A stretch of 64,000 nt of DNA from an uncultured delta proteobacterium (lineage in GTDB: Bacteria; Myxococcota; Myxococcia; Myxococcales; Anaeromyxobacteraceae): contig CAWHDZ010000015.1 in NCBI GenBank assembly GCA_963828255.1, positions 96,001 through 160,000 of the forward strand, read 5' to 3'. Numbering within the stretch: position 1 is the stretch's first letter; every line of letters begins with the position of its first letter. The notes under the pieces were generated by a model that ran no database searches, was not told the DNA's origin, and was given only the letters and a program-made list of their open reading frames with translations. Shown piece by piece: positions 21,289 through 30,407 of this stretch. The translations under genes and the position numbers were made by a program.

Positions 21289-21720
21289 GCAGGTTCGCCT
21301 TCGGCCCGGCATGCCGGGGTAGCGCCGGCGTGGGGGACGCCCCTCTCCGCGGCGCTTGTCCTCGAGGCGAGGGCGCCGCTGACCGCGCAGCGCCGGGTCA
21401 CGCCGTGGCCCGAGCACCGCCATTTCCGGCGCCCTCTCCGGAGGCGCCGCTCCGAGTGGCGCCCCCGCCGGCTGGCGGATGCGGGCCCGAAGGCGACTTG
21501 CGCGCACGCTTCGGGGAAAGGTGCGGGCGGTCGCGGGGGCCTCGTCGGTGACCCTCCCTTGCGCCAGGCGGCCGGGGTGGCCCCGGCGCGGGGCGCATCT
21601 GCGCGGGCGCCGAACCGATCCCACTCGAAGGACGCGGTTCGAAGGCGCCGTTCACCCGGATGAACTCGGCCCGCGCAGCCGGCGCCCCCCAGCGACGCGG
21701 GCCACCGCCCGGTCGCCGGC
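21289..21720. other. Highly self-complementary non-coding element (structured RNA or palindromic/MITE-like element)
   Basis: Nested inverted repeats, e.g. 21289-21312 with 21479-21501, 21324-21336 with 21462-21472, 21599-21608 with 21669-21678; no convincing ORF. Confidence 0.45.
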
Positions 21721-21760
21721 ATCACGAGAGAATCGCCGGCGCTCGCCCACGCAGACCGGA

Positions 21761-22909
21761 CTACCGTCCCTTGCGCGTCGCCTTTCCCACGTCCCGCATC
21801 GCTCCCGAGCCGGGGTGGCGCTTCTCGTGGGCCTTCTCGAGGTTCCGGTAGAGCCCGTCGAGCCGGTCGAAGAGCCGACGCTTCTTGCGGGGCTTCCGGG
21901 TGGAGAGCGCGTAGGCGAAGACGATGGGGGCCGAGATGGTCGAGTCGGAGTAGACCACCACGTGGTTCTTCAGCATGTCGGCCTGCACCTTGCCCCAGCT
22001 GATGGCCTCGCTGGGGGTGGCGCCGGAGAGCCCGCCCCACTGCGGGGAGTCGGTGGAGATCTGCAGCACGAACTCGTGACCGCCCCGGTTCAGGTCGAGG
22101 ATCTGCCAGAGGGTTGGCTGGGTCTGGAGGTAGAAGTTCTTCGGCGAGCCGCCCCCCAGGATCACCACCCCGTTCACGTCGGCGTCGTAGACGATGGCCG
22201 TGGACTCGAGGACGTCCAGGTCGGGGTCGATGGTGGTCTGCCCGCCCCGCAGCTTCATGGCGGCCACGTTCATCCCGATCGAGGAGTCGCCCGGGGAGCT
22301 CGTGAAGATGGGGACCCCGTGCTTGGCGGCGGTGGCCACCCAGGAGCGCTGGGGCTGGGGTGCGTGCCGGAGGATGAGCTGCCCCAGGTAGTCGTGGAGC
22401 CGCGGAGTGGAGATGCGCCCGCGCAGCTCGGGCGGAGCCTTCTCGAGCGCCTCGCGCACGAAGGCGTCGGTGTCGAGCAGGGAGTCCTCGGTGATGAAGA
22501 CGTCGTAGATGCGCTCGATGCCGGCCCGGTAGAGCTCCCGGTCGTCCACCTGGAAGTGACCCTGGACCACCGGCAGCTCGAGCGCGAAGTGGAAGTCGTG
22601 GTAGAGGTTCGCGCCGGTCGAGACGATGAGGTCCACGAACCCGGCCTCGATCATGGCCTGGATGGCGCCGCCCATGCCCGCCGGCGCCATGGCGCCGGTC
22701 ACGGTGAGGGCGATGGTGGCGTTGGCGTCGATCATCCGGCCGAAGAGGTCGCACCCCTCGGCCAGCCGCCCGCCGTTGAAGGCGCCGGCCCGGCGGTAGA
22801 CGTCGACCAGGTCCACGACCGACATCCCCTTTCGGAGCCGCATCGGCTCGACGGGGGGGCGTGAGAGGTAGCGCTTCCTGAGCTGCTTCGGCGTCGGCTT
22901 CGTCGGCAT
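21761..22909 (-). CDS. Deoxyhypusine synthase-like protein (probably homospermidine biosynthesis)
   Basis: GAMAPAG, STGANLYHD, PGDSSIG, LGGGSPKNF, GGLSGATPSEAISWGK. Confidence 0.9.
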   Translation of the reverse strand: MPTKPTPKQLRKRYLSRPPVEPMRLRKGMSVVDLVDVYRRAGAFNGGRLAEGCDLFGRMIDANATIALTVTGAMAPAGMGGAIQAMIEAGFVDLIVSTGANLYHDFHFALELPVVQGHFQVDDRELYRAGIERIYDVFITEDSLLDTDAFVREALEKAPPELRGRISTPRLHDYLGQLILRHAPQPQRSWVATAAKHGVPIFTSSPGDSSIGMNVAAMKLRGGQTTIDPDLDVLESTAIVYDADVNGVVILGGGSPKNFYLQTQPTLWQILDLNRGGHEFVLQISTDSPQWGGLSGATPSEAISWGKVQADMLKNHVVVYSDSTISAPIVFAYALSTRKPRKKRRLFDRLDGLYRNLEKAHEKRHPGSGAMRDVGKATRKGR

Positions 22910-22920
22910 GGCGGGCGCGG

Positions 22921-22949
22921 ATCCTGTCCGAGCGACCGCCCGCCGTCAA
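22921..22949 (-). promoter_or_regulatory. sigma70-type promoter for the DHS-like gene
   Basis: Minus strand TTGACG-N17-CAGGAT, 11 nt before ATG. Confidence 0.45.
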
Positions 22950-22992
22950 CGAATCCTGGGGTACCAGCTCAAGCTACCGGAGTTCCTGGTGT

Positions 22993-23469
22993 TCAAGGAT
23001 TGGTTGCGGTGGCCGGGACGGTCGGAAGGTTGACCGGGACGGCCTCGACCCGCACCGGTCGGTCGGCGAGGGAGGAGAGCGAGGTGCGCCGGAAGACGTC
23101 GAGCATCCGCTCCTGCCCCTCGCGCCAGACCGCCGACATGTTGCAGATGGGCTGGCGGCCGCAGGCGTCGTCGTCGTCGAGGCAGACGTTGATGGCGATG
23201 GGCCCCTCGGCGGCCTGGATGATCTCGAGCACGCTGATGGTCTCGGCCGGCCGTGCCAGCTTGTAGCCGCCGTGCGGTCCGCGGGTGGAGCGTACGATTC
23301 CCTGATCGACCAGTGTCTTCAGGATCTTGGCGAGAAAGTCCTCGGGGACGTCCATCTGCCGGCCGATCTCACGAAAGGGTACGACCGTTCCCTCGGGGAT
23401 GGTGGCCAGGTGGATCATCGCCCGGATGGCGTAATCGATCTTTCTCGAGATGCGGAGCACATGCTGCAT
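22993..23469 (-). CDS. Rrf2-family regulator with three Cys (IscR/NsrR-like Fe-S sensor)
   Basis: DYAIRAMIHLA, FLAKIL, STRGPHGGYKLAR, C-x6-C-x5-C. Confidence 0.92.
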   Translation of the reverse strand: MQHVLRISRKIDYAIRAMIHLATIPEGTVVPFREIGRQMDVPEDFLAKILKTLVDQGIVRSTRGPHGGYKLARPAETISVLEIIQAAEGPIAINVCLDDDDACGRQPICNMSAVWREGQERMLDVFRRTSLSSLADRPVRVEAVPVNLPTVPATATNP

Positions 23470-23516
23470 CGGGACTCCCTGGCACCCCGGGGTACGGGGG
23501 GTTAAATGAGGCCGGC

Positions 23517-24368
23517 GTGACGAACGGCTCGGTACAGGACGGTATCATCGACATCATCGACCTGCACACTCATTCTACCGCGTCCGATGGACAGTACGCC
23601 CCGGCCGAGGTCGCGGCAAGGGTGGCGAAGGCGGGGACCGTGGCCTGGGCGCTCACGGATCACGATACCGTGGCAGGGCTCCTCCCCGCCGCCGCGGCGG
23701 CCAAGCTCCTGGATCTCCGATTCATTCCCGGGATCGAGCTCTCCGCCCTCCTCGACGAGCGGGAGGTCCACGTGCTCGGCCACTTCATCGACCCGGTCCA
23801 TCCGGAACTGTGCCGCTTCGAGGACAAGCTGGCCGACCACCGGCGCGGCCGGGTCCGGAAGATCGTCCGGCTCCTGGCGGAGAACGGCGTCTCGGTGACC
23901 GAGGAGGCCATCGTCGCCTGCAGCGGGGGCAAGACCATCGGCCGGCCCCACGTGGCCCGGGCCATGGTCGAGGCGGGGGCCGTGCTCACGGTCCGGGAGG
24001 CCTTCGATCGATTTCTGGGGGACGGGCGTCCCTGCTACGTGGGGCGGTTCCGGCTCACGGCTGAGGATGCGGTGGCGATGATCCGGCGGGCCGGGGGGGT
24101 GGCGACGCTGGCCCACCCAGGGCCGTCGAAGGTGCAGGCGCTGGAGCTCTTGCGCATGCGCGCCATGGGCTTCGACGGGGTCGAGGCCGAGCACCCCGAG
24201 CACCACCCCGAACAGGCGGCCCGGTACCGTGAGGTGGCGGGGACGGTGGACCTGATCTGCACCGCGGGCACCGACTTCCACGGGGAACTGGTCTCCCCGG
24301 ACCGCTTCCTGGGGACGTCCCGCATGCCGGCGGCAGCGCTCGACCGGCTCGAGGCGCGGCGCCCGTAG
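23517..24368 (+). CDS. PHP-domain phosphoesterase (TrpH/YciV-like); start uncertain
   Basis: DLHTHSTASDG, LTDHDT, GRPHVAR, LAHP, GTDFHG. Confidence 0.88.
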   Translation: MTNGSVQDGIIDIIDLHTHSTASDGQYAPAEVAARVAKAGTVAWALTDHDTVAGLLPAAAAAKLLDLRFIPGIELSALLDEREVHVLGHFIDPVHPELCRFEDKLADHRRGRVRKIVRLLAENGVSVTEEAIVACSGGKTIGRPHVARAMVEAGAVLTVREAFDRFLGDGRPCYVGRFRLTAEDAVAMIRRAGGVATLAHPGPSKVQALELLRMRAMGFDGVEAEHPEHHPEQAARYREVAGTVDLICTAGTDFHGELVSPDRFLGTSRMPAAALDRLEARRP

Positions 24369-24388
24369 CAGCGGGGCGCCGCCCTGTT

Positions 24389-25924
24389 TCACCCGCGGTA
24401 GAACTGCCCCAGCGACAGCCGGGTCCAGTCCATGATGGGCGTGACCCAGATGCCGAAGAGCACCGTGGCCGTGGCGAACCCGGCCAGCAGGAACTTGTAC
24501 GAGGTCGGGTAGGTGACCGGGGTCTCCGTGAGCGGAGCCTCGAAGAACATCGCCCGCAGGATCCGCGCGTAGTAGTAGAGCGCCACCGCGGTGTTGAGCG
24601 CGGCGATGATGGCGAGCGTCGCGTACCAGCCTCCGGTCGGGCCCGAGACCCGGTCCAGCACGGCCACGAAGAGCCAGTACTTGCCCGTGAAGCCGATGGA
24701 GGGCGGCAGGCCGGTGAGCGCGAAGAGGAAGATGGCCATCGAGACCGCCGCCAGCGGGGCGCGGTGCCCCAGTCCGCGGAACTCGAAGATGGTGGGGGAG
24801 CCGGTGAAGCGCTCGACCACGATGACGGCCAGGAAGGCCCCCAGGTTCATGATCAGGTAGGCGAGCATGTAGACCATGACCGCCTGGGTGCCCACGAACG
24901 AGTTGGCGGCCAGCCCCATGAGCCCGTAGCCGGCGTGGGCGATGGAGGAGTAGGCCAAGAGCCTCTTGAGATTCGTCTGCGGGAGCGCCGTGAAGTTGCC
25001 GAGCGTCATGGTGACGGCTGAGAGCACGCCCACCACCGCCGGCCAGGGGATGTTTCCGACCGCATCCGACAGCCCCATCATCGAGCCGCGGGTGTCGAGC
25101 GCGCCCCAGAGCAGGCGGGCCGCCAGGGCGAAGCCGGCCGCCTTGGGTCCGGTGGATAGGAAGGCCGTGAACGGGGTGGGAGCGCCCTCGTAGACGTCGG
25201 GCGCCCACATGTGCCAGGGCACCGCGGCGATCTTGTAGCCCACGCCCGAGGAGACCAGCACCACGCCCAGGATGAGCCCGAGCCGGTGTGGAAGGGTGGT
25301 GGGGACCTGCGCGATGGCCGACGCGAAGCGGGTGATGTCGGTGGTGCCGAGCATCCCGTACAGGTAGCTCATGCCGAAGATCATGGCCCCGGAGGCCACG
25401 CCCCCGAAGATGACGTACTTCAGCGCCGCCTCGGCGGCCTTGCGGTCGCCCTTGGAGTAGCCGGCCAGCGCGTAGCTCACCATCGAGACCAGCTCGATGG
25501 CCATGTAGATCATCAATAAATCCGTGGCGCTGGCCATGAGGAAGAGGCCCAGCACGATGGTGACGAGCAGCGCGTAGAAGGGGCCGATGCGGGAGGGTGG
25601 ATAGGCCCGGGAAGGCCCGGCGATGAGCACGGTGAGCGCGCCGCCGGCCAGGAAGATCCACTTGAAGAAGTTCGCGAAGGCGTCGTTCGCGATCATCCCG
25701 TTGAAGAGCGACTGGGGCGTGCCGGGCTGGACGGCGAGCAGGAGCGCCGCCAGGCCGAAGACGGCCAGGGTGGCGGCCGAGAGCAGTCGGGCCCGCGACT
25801 CGCTCCTGCGCCAGGCCAGGTCGAGGAGGAAGAGCGAGAGCGCGCCGAACGTGAGCACCAGCTCGGGGCGGAACCACCCCGTGCTGCGCACGTTCTCGGC
25901 GACGAGGAATGGCTGGATGTCCAT
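24389..25924 (-). CDS. nuoN: NADH-quinone oxidoreductase subunit N
   Basis: EAALKY, YKIAAVPWHMWAPDVYEGAPTP, KRLLAYSSIAHAGY. Confidence 0.95.
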   Translation of the reverse strand: MDIQPFLVAENVRSTGWFRPELVLTFGALSLFLLDLAWRRSESRARLLSAATLAVFGLAALLLAVQPGTPQSLFNGMIANDAFANFFKWIFLAGGALTVLIAGPSRAYPPSRIGPFYALLVTIVLGLFLMASATDLLMIYMAIELVSMVSYALAGYSKGDRKAAEAALKYVIFGGVASGAMIFGMSYLYGMLGTTDITRFASAIAQVPTTLPHRLGLILGVVLVSSGVGYKIAAVPWHMWAPDVYEGAPTPFTAFLSTGPKAAGFALAARLLWGALDTRGSMMGLSDAVGNIPWPAVVGVLSAVTMTLGNFTALPQTNLKRLLAYSSIAHAGYGLMGLAANSFVGTQAVMVYMLAYLIMNLGAFLAVIVVERFTGSPTIFEFRGLGHRAPLAAVSMAIFLFALTGLPPSIGFTGKYWLFVAVLDRVSGPTGGWYATLAIIAALNTAVALYYYARILRAMFFEAPLTETPVTYPTSYKFLLAGFATATVLFGIWVTPIMDWTRLSLGQFYRG

Positions 25925-25942
25925 CGGGCGGTCTCCGCGGCG

Positions 25943-27631
25943 CTACACCGGGCGCAGGTTCTGGATGAGCAGCTGGAGCGCCGGGTTGATCGCGTGCAGG
26001 ATGAACTGCGGGTAGAACCCGAGGAAGATCATGATGGCCGCCAGCGGATAGAGCATGATCCGCTCCCGCCAGTTCACGTCGGGGAAGCCGGCGTAGGCGG
26101 TGTTGAGCTTGCCCAGGAACACCCGCTGCATGGCCCACAGGTAGTAGGCGGCGGTGATGATGACGGCGGTGGCCGAGATGACCGTGAAGGTCAGGTAGAC
26201 CGGGAAGCTGCCCGCCAGCACCATGAACTCGGGGATGAAGCCGGCCAGGCCGGGCAGCCCGAGCGAGGCGAAGAAGGCCAGGCCGGTGAGCCCGCTGTAC
26301 TCGGGCAGCTCCTTGGCCAGGCCGCCGAAGCGCTCCATGTCGCGGTGGTGGGCGCGGTCGTAGATCACGCCCACGAGGAGGAAGAGCGCCGGGCTGATGA
26401 TGCCGTGGGTGAACATGTTGTACACCGCGCCGGAGATGGCCATGGGGGTCATGGCGGCCATGCCGAGCAGGGTGAACCCCATGTGCGAGACCGAGGAGTA
26501 GGCCACCATCTTCTTGAAGTCGCGCTGGGCCAGGGCCACGTAGGCCGCGTAGATGATGTTGATGACGCCGAAGACCGCGATGGCGTTGGCGGCCCACTCG
26601 GTGGCGTCGGGGAGGAGCGGGTAGTTGAAGCGCAGGATGCCGTACGGCCCCATCTTCAGGAGGATCCCGGCCAGGATGACCGAGATGGGGGTGGGGGCCT
26701 CGACGTGCGCGTCGGGCAACCAGGTGTGGAAGGGGAACATCGGGATCTTGATGGCGAACCCGATGAAGAAGGCCACGAAGACGATCTTGCTGAAGGCGAA
26801 GCCCAGGATGGGGAGCGCGGTGGCGAACTGCCCGGCCCGGCCCTGCGCGGCCAGCTCGAGCAGGTTGAACGTGTGGCGGGCCGAGAGCGTCCCGTCGGCC
26901 ATCACCGCCGGCAGGCTCCGGTAGTAGACGGCGATGATGGCGAGCAGCATGAGGACGGAGCCCGCCAGGGTGTAGAGGAAGAACTTGATGGCCGCGTACT
27001 CGCGGCGCGGGCCGCCCCACACGCCGATGAGGAAGTACATCGGGAGGAGCATGACCTCCCAGAAGACGTAGAAGAGGAACATGTCGAGGGCGACGAAGGT
27101 GCCCATCATGCCGGTCATGAGGAGCAGCAGCAGGATCATGTAGCCAGGCACCATGCGCACCGTGAAGTGCTTGGGGTGGTGCTCGTCGTCGCCGTGGCCG
27201 TGGTCGTCCTCGTCCATCCCGGCCATGTGGATGGCCTTCGCGCCGCCCTGCCACCAGGGCATGGAGGCGATGGCCGCCACGAAGGAGATGATGCCGGTGA
27301 GGAGCACCATCGAGATGGAGAGCCCGTCCACGCCGACGAACCACTCGACGTTGAAGGGGCGGATCCAGATGGCCCGGTTCACCATCTGCACGCCGGTGGC
27401 CTTGCCCTGGACGAGGAGCCCCTGGGCCCGGGGATCGAACCAGTGCCAGGCCAGGACGGACGCCACCAGCATGAGGAAGCTGGCGGCCAAGGTGACCACG
27501 CGCGATGCCTGGTCGAGGAACCTCTTCGGGAGGCCGAGGAAATGCCTCACGACCATCAGCGCCAGGATGACGGCGGAGCCGATGACCGGGAGGAATGTGG
27601 CCCAAACCAGCACGTTGTCGGGGCGGATCAT
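25943..27631 (-). CDS. nuoM: NADH-quinone oxidoreductase subunit M
   Basis: GVDGLS, FWEVMLLPMYFLIGVWG, PFHTWLPDAHVEAPT, AYSSVSHMG. Confidence 0.95.
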   Translation of the reverse strand: MIRPDNVLVWATFLPVIGSAVILALMVVRHFLGLPKRFLDQASRVVTLAASFLMLVASVLAWHWFDPRAQGLLVQGKATGVQMVNRAIWIRPFNVEWFVGVDGLSISMVLLTGIISFVAAIASMPWWQGGAKAIHMAGMDEDDHGHGDDEHHPKHFTVRMVPGYMILLLLLMTGMMGTFVALDMFLFYVFWEVMLLPMYFLIGVWGGPRREYAAIKFFLYTLAGSVLMLLAIIAVYYRSLPAVMADGTLSARHTFNLLELAAQGRAGQFATALPILGFAFSKIVFVAFFIGFAIKIPMFPFHTWLPDAHVEAPTPISVILAGILLKMGPYGILRFNYPLLPDATEWAANAIAVFGVINIIYAAYVALAQRDFKKMVAYSSVSHMGFTLLGMAAMTPMAISGAVYNMFTHGIISPALFLLVGVIYDRAHHRDMERFGGLAKELPEYSGLTGLAFFASLGLPGLAGFIPEFMVLAGSFPVYLTFTVISATAVIITAAYYLWAMQRVFLGKLNTAYAGFPDVNWRERIMLYPLAAIMIFLGFYPQFILHAINPALQLLIQNLRPV

Positions 27632-27643
27632 GAAGCCGATCTC

Positions 27644-30085
27644 CTAGCGGAAGAGGAAGTTGAGAAGGACGACGAGCAGCGACCCGAAGGCCGCGCCGTA
27701 GAGGTAGGTCTGGATGCGGCCGGTCTGGATCTGGCGGAGCACGCGCCCACCCTCGCGGGTGAGGCCGCCCACGCCGTTGACCGCGCCGTCGACGACGTAC
27801 TTGTCGATGGCGTCGTCGATGGCGGCGAAGACGCGCGCCAGCCAGCCGGCGAAGTTCACCAGCCAGTCGATGACGTGCTGGTCGAACCAGGACAGGAAGG
27901 CGGCCAGGAAGAGCGAGGGGCGGATCACCAGCGCGTGGTAGGCCTCGTCCACGTAGTACTTGTTGTAGACCACCGTCCAGAAGCCGAGGAAGCGGTGCTT
28001 GAGGTCGTGGGGCACCCGGCTCTCGCCGTCCTTGAAGAGCTTCATGGCGAAGAACCAGCCGATGGTGGCCGCGGCGACGCCCATGCCCTGGAAGGCCCAC
28101 TCGGTGGCGTGGCCGAAGTGCAGGAACGTCACCTCGGCGGGCAGCGCCGGAGCCAGCCAGTGCTCCAGGATGGGCGCGTGCCCGGTCCAGAGGAGCGGGA
28201 TGCCCAGGAAGGAGGCGGCGACCGCGCCGAAGGCCAGCGTGGCGAGCACCCAGGTGATGGAGCGGGGGGACTCGTGCGGAGGGCCTCCGTGGTGGCCGTG
28301 GTCGTCGTGCGCCGGGGCCGCGTGGACCGCGTGCGCCGTGGCCGGAGGGGCGTGGCCGTGGGCGGCGTGGTCGTCGTGGCCGTGGGCGGCAGCGGGGGCG
28401 TGGTGGGCCGCGGGAGCGGGGTGCGGCGCCGCGTGGGCCGAGTGCGGGTCCTCGCCGTGCTCCTCGTCGTGACCCGCTCCGCCCCGGTAGTGGCCGGTGA
28501 AGGTCATGTAGTAGCTGCGGAACATGTAGAAGCTGGTCCCGGTGGCGGCCAGGATGCCGATCACGAAGATGGCGGGCCCGAGCCAGGGGGCGGGCGTCCC
28601 GAAGAGTTCCATCCCACGCTGGGTGAAGGCCTTCCAGAGGATCTCGTCCTTGGAGAAGAAGCCGCTGGCCCAGGGGAATCCGGCGATGGCCCAGGTGGCG
28701 ATGAGGTAGGTCCAGGCGGTGACCGGCATGAGCTTCTTCAGCCCGCCCATCTTCCTCATGTCCTGCTCGTGGTGGCAGCCCAGGATCACCGAGCCCGACG
28801 CGAGGAAGAGCGTGGCCTTGAAGAAGGCGTGGGTGAGCAGGTGGTAGGAGCCGGCCCAGTAGGCGCCCACGCCCACCCCGACGAACATGAAGCCGAGCTG
28901 GGAGACGGTGGAGTAGGCCAGCACCTTCTTGATGTCGTACTGGAAGAAGCCGATGGTGGCGGCGAAGAAGGCGGTGAGGATGCCGACGGTGGCCACCCAG
29001 CCCATGGCGGTGGGGGACATCGCGTAGATGTAGGAGAGGCGGGCCACCATGTAGACGCCGGCCGTCACCATGGTGGCGGCGTGGATGAGGGCCGAGACCG
29101 GCGTGGGACCGGCCATGGCGTCGGGCAGCCAGACGTAGAGGGGAAGCTGGGCGCTCTTGCCCATGGCGCCCACGAACATCAGCATGCCCACCAGGGTGAG
29201 CAGCGCCACGCCCCAGAGCTTCTGGTTGCGCAGGTGCTCGCCGACCCCGGTGGCCTCGATGACCACCTGATCGCGCAGCTCGCGGAAGTTGAGGGTGGGG
29301 CCGATCTTGACGGCGTGCCCGTCGACGACCACGGCGCGCGGCCCGGTGGACTCGAAGGGGTTCTGGGCGGCCGGGTCGGCCTTGTAGCCGATCTCCGGCA
29401 CGTAGGTGACCGAGCGGGCATCCGCGCGCGGCTCCCAGATGCCGCCCAGCGACCAGAAGAGCAGGAAGAGGCCGAGGATGAACCCGAAGTCGCCGAAGCG
29501 GTTCACCACGAAGGCCTTCATGCCGGCCTGGGCCTTCTCGATGTCGGTGTACCAGAAGCTGATGAGCAGGTAGGAGGCGAGCCCGACGCCTTCCCAGCCG
29601 AAGAACATCACGGCGAAGTTGTCGCCCATGACGAGCAGCAGCATGGCGAAGACGAAGAGGTTCAGGTAGGCGAAGAACCGCCAGTAGGATGGCTCGTCGG
29701 CCATGTAGCCGACCGAGAAGACGTGGATGAGCGTCCCGATGAAGGTGATGATGAGCACCATCATCATCGAGAGCGGATCGAGGGCGAAGGCCAGGTCGAA
29801 CTGCATCTGCCCGGCGGTGAGCATGTTCCAGAGGGTGTTCTGGAGGAACCGCTCGTTGCCGGGGAGCGCGACCATCTGCGCGAAGGCCCGCAGCGCCGTG
29901 AGGAACGACAGCGTCATCATCCCGATGGCGATGGCGTGGTTCCACCTCTTGCCCAGGTTCCGCTGGATGCGGGTGCCCAGCAGGGAGTTGATGACGGCGC
30001 CGATGGCCGGGAAGAGCGGGATGAGCCAGAGGTAGCCCGCCGCGTGGACCACCGTGGGTCCGAGGTGTTGGGTGGCGTGGTTCAT
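27644..30085 (-). CDS. nuoL: NADH-quinone oxidoreductase subunit L (long, with inserts)
   Basis: WEGVGLASYLLI, NRFGD, GKSAQLPLYVWLPDAMAGPTPVSALIHAATMV, THAFFKA. Confidence 0.96.
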   Translation of the reverse strand: MNHATQHLGPTVVHAAGYLWLIPLFPAIGAVINSLLGTRIQRNLGKRWNHAIAIGMMTLSFLTALRAFAQMVALPGNERFLQNTLWNMLTAGQMQFDLAFALDPLSMMMVLIITFIGTLIHVFSVGYMADEPSYWRFFAYLNLFVFAMLLLVMGDNFAVMFFGWEGVGLASYLLISFWYTDIEKAQAGMKAFVVNRFGDFGFILGLFLLFWSLGGIWEPRADARSVTYVPEIGYKADPAAQNPFESTGPRAVVVDGHAVKIGPTLNFRELRDQVVIEATGVGEHLRNQKLWGVALLTLVGMLMFVGAMGKSAQLPLYVWLPDAMAGPTPVSALIHAATMVTAGVYMVARLSYIYAMSPTAMGWVATVGILTAFFAATIGFFQYDIKKVLAYSTVSQLGFMFVGVGVGAYWAGSYHLLTHAFFKATLFLASGSVILGCHHEQDMRKMGGLKKLMPVTAWTYLIATWAIAGFPWASGFFSKDEILWKAFTQRGMELFGTPAPWLGPAIFVIGILAATGTSFYMFRSYYMTFTGHYRGGAGHDEEHGEDPHSAHAAPHPAPAAHHAPAAAHGHDDHAAHGHAPPATAHAVHAAPAHDDHGHHGGPPHESPRSITWVLATLAFGAVAASFLGIPLLWTGHAPILEHWLAPALPAEVTFLHFGHATEWAFQGMGVAAATIGWFFAMKLFKDGESRVPHDLKHRFLGFWTVVYNKYYVDEAYHALVIRPSLFLAAFLSWFDQHVIDWLVNFAGWLARVFAAIDDAIDKYVVDGAVNGVGGLTREGGRVLRQIQTGRIQTYLYGAAFGSLLVVLLNFLFR

Positions 30086-30086
30086 C

Positions 30087-30395
30087 TCACTCTCGCATCA
30101 GGTCCGCGGCGCGGACGTCGATGGTCTTGAAGGTGTGGAAGATGCTGAGGACGATGGCCAGGCCGACCGCGGCCTCGGCGGCAGCGAGCACGATGATGAA
30201 GAGGGCGAAGGTCTGGCCGGCCAGCCCGCCCACGATGAACTTGTTGAAGGCGACCAGGTTGATGTTGGCGGCGTTCAGCATCAGCTCGACGCCCATCAGG
30301 ACCGCCACCGCGTTGCGCCGGGTGAGGACCGTGAAGAGGCCGAGCGCGAAGAGGATCGCGGCGACCGCCAGGTAGTGGGAGAGGGTCGGGATCAT
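30087..30395 (-). CDS. nuoK: NADH-quinone oxidoreductase subunit K
   Basis: RRNAVAVLMGVELMLNAAN, AAAEAAVGLA. Confidence 0.95.
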   Translation of the reverse strand: MIPTLSHYLAVAAILFALGLFTVLTRRNAVAVLMGVELMLNAANINLVAFNKFIVGGLAGQTFALFIIVLAAAEAAVGLAIVLSIFHTFKTIDVRAADLMRE

Positions 30396-30407
30396 GGCGG
30401 CTCCGGC

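Noticed and set aside
21289..21760. tRNA, tmRNA, RNase P, SRP or 6S RNA, or a small protein in the gap
   Set aside because: No T-loop/CCA, GAGGAAAGTCC or SRP loop motif, no open central bubble; short ORFs lack RBS and codon bias
23502..30130. Very long alternative-frame and antisense ORFs (2147 aa, 1378 aa and many others)
   Set aside because: Arg/Gly/Pro-rich shadows of real genes, expected from stop-codon scarcity at high GC; no motifs
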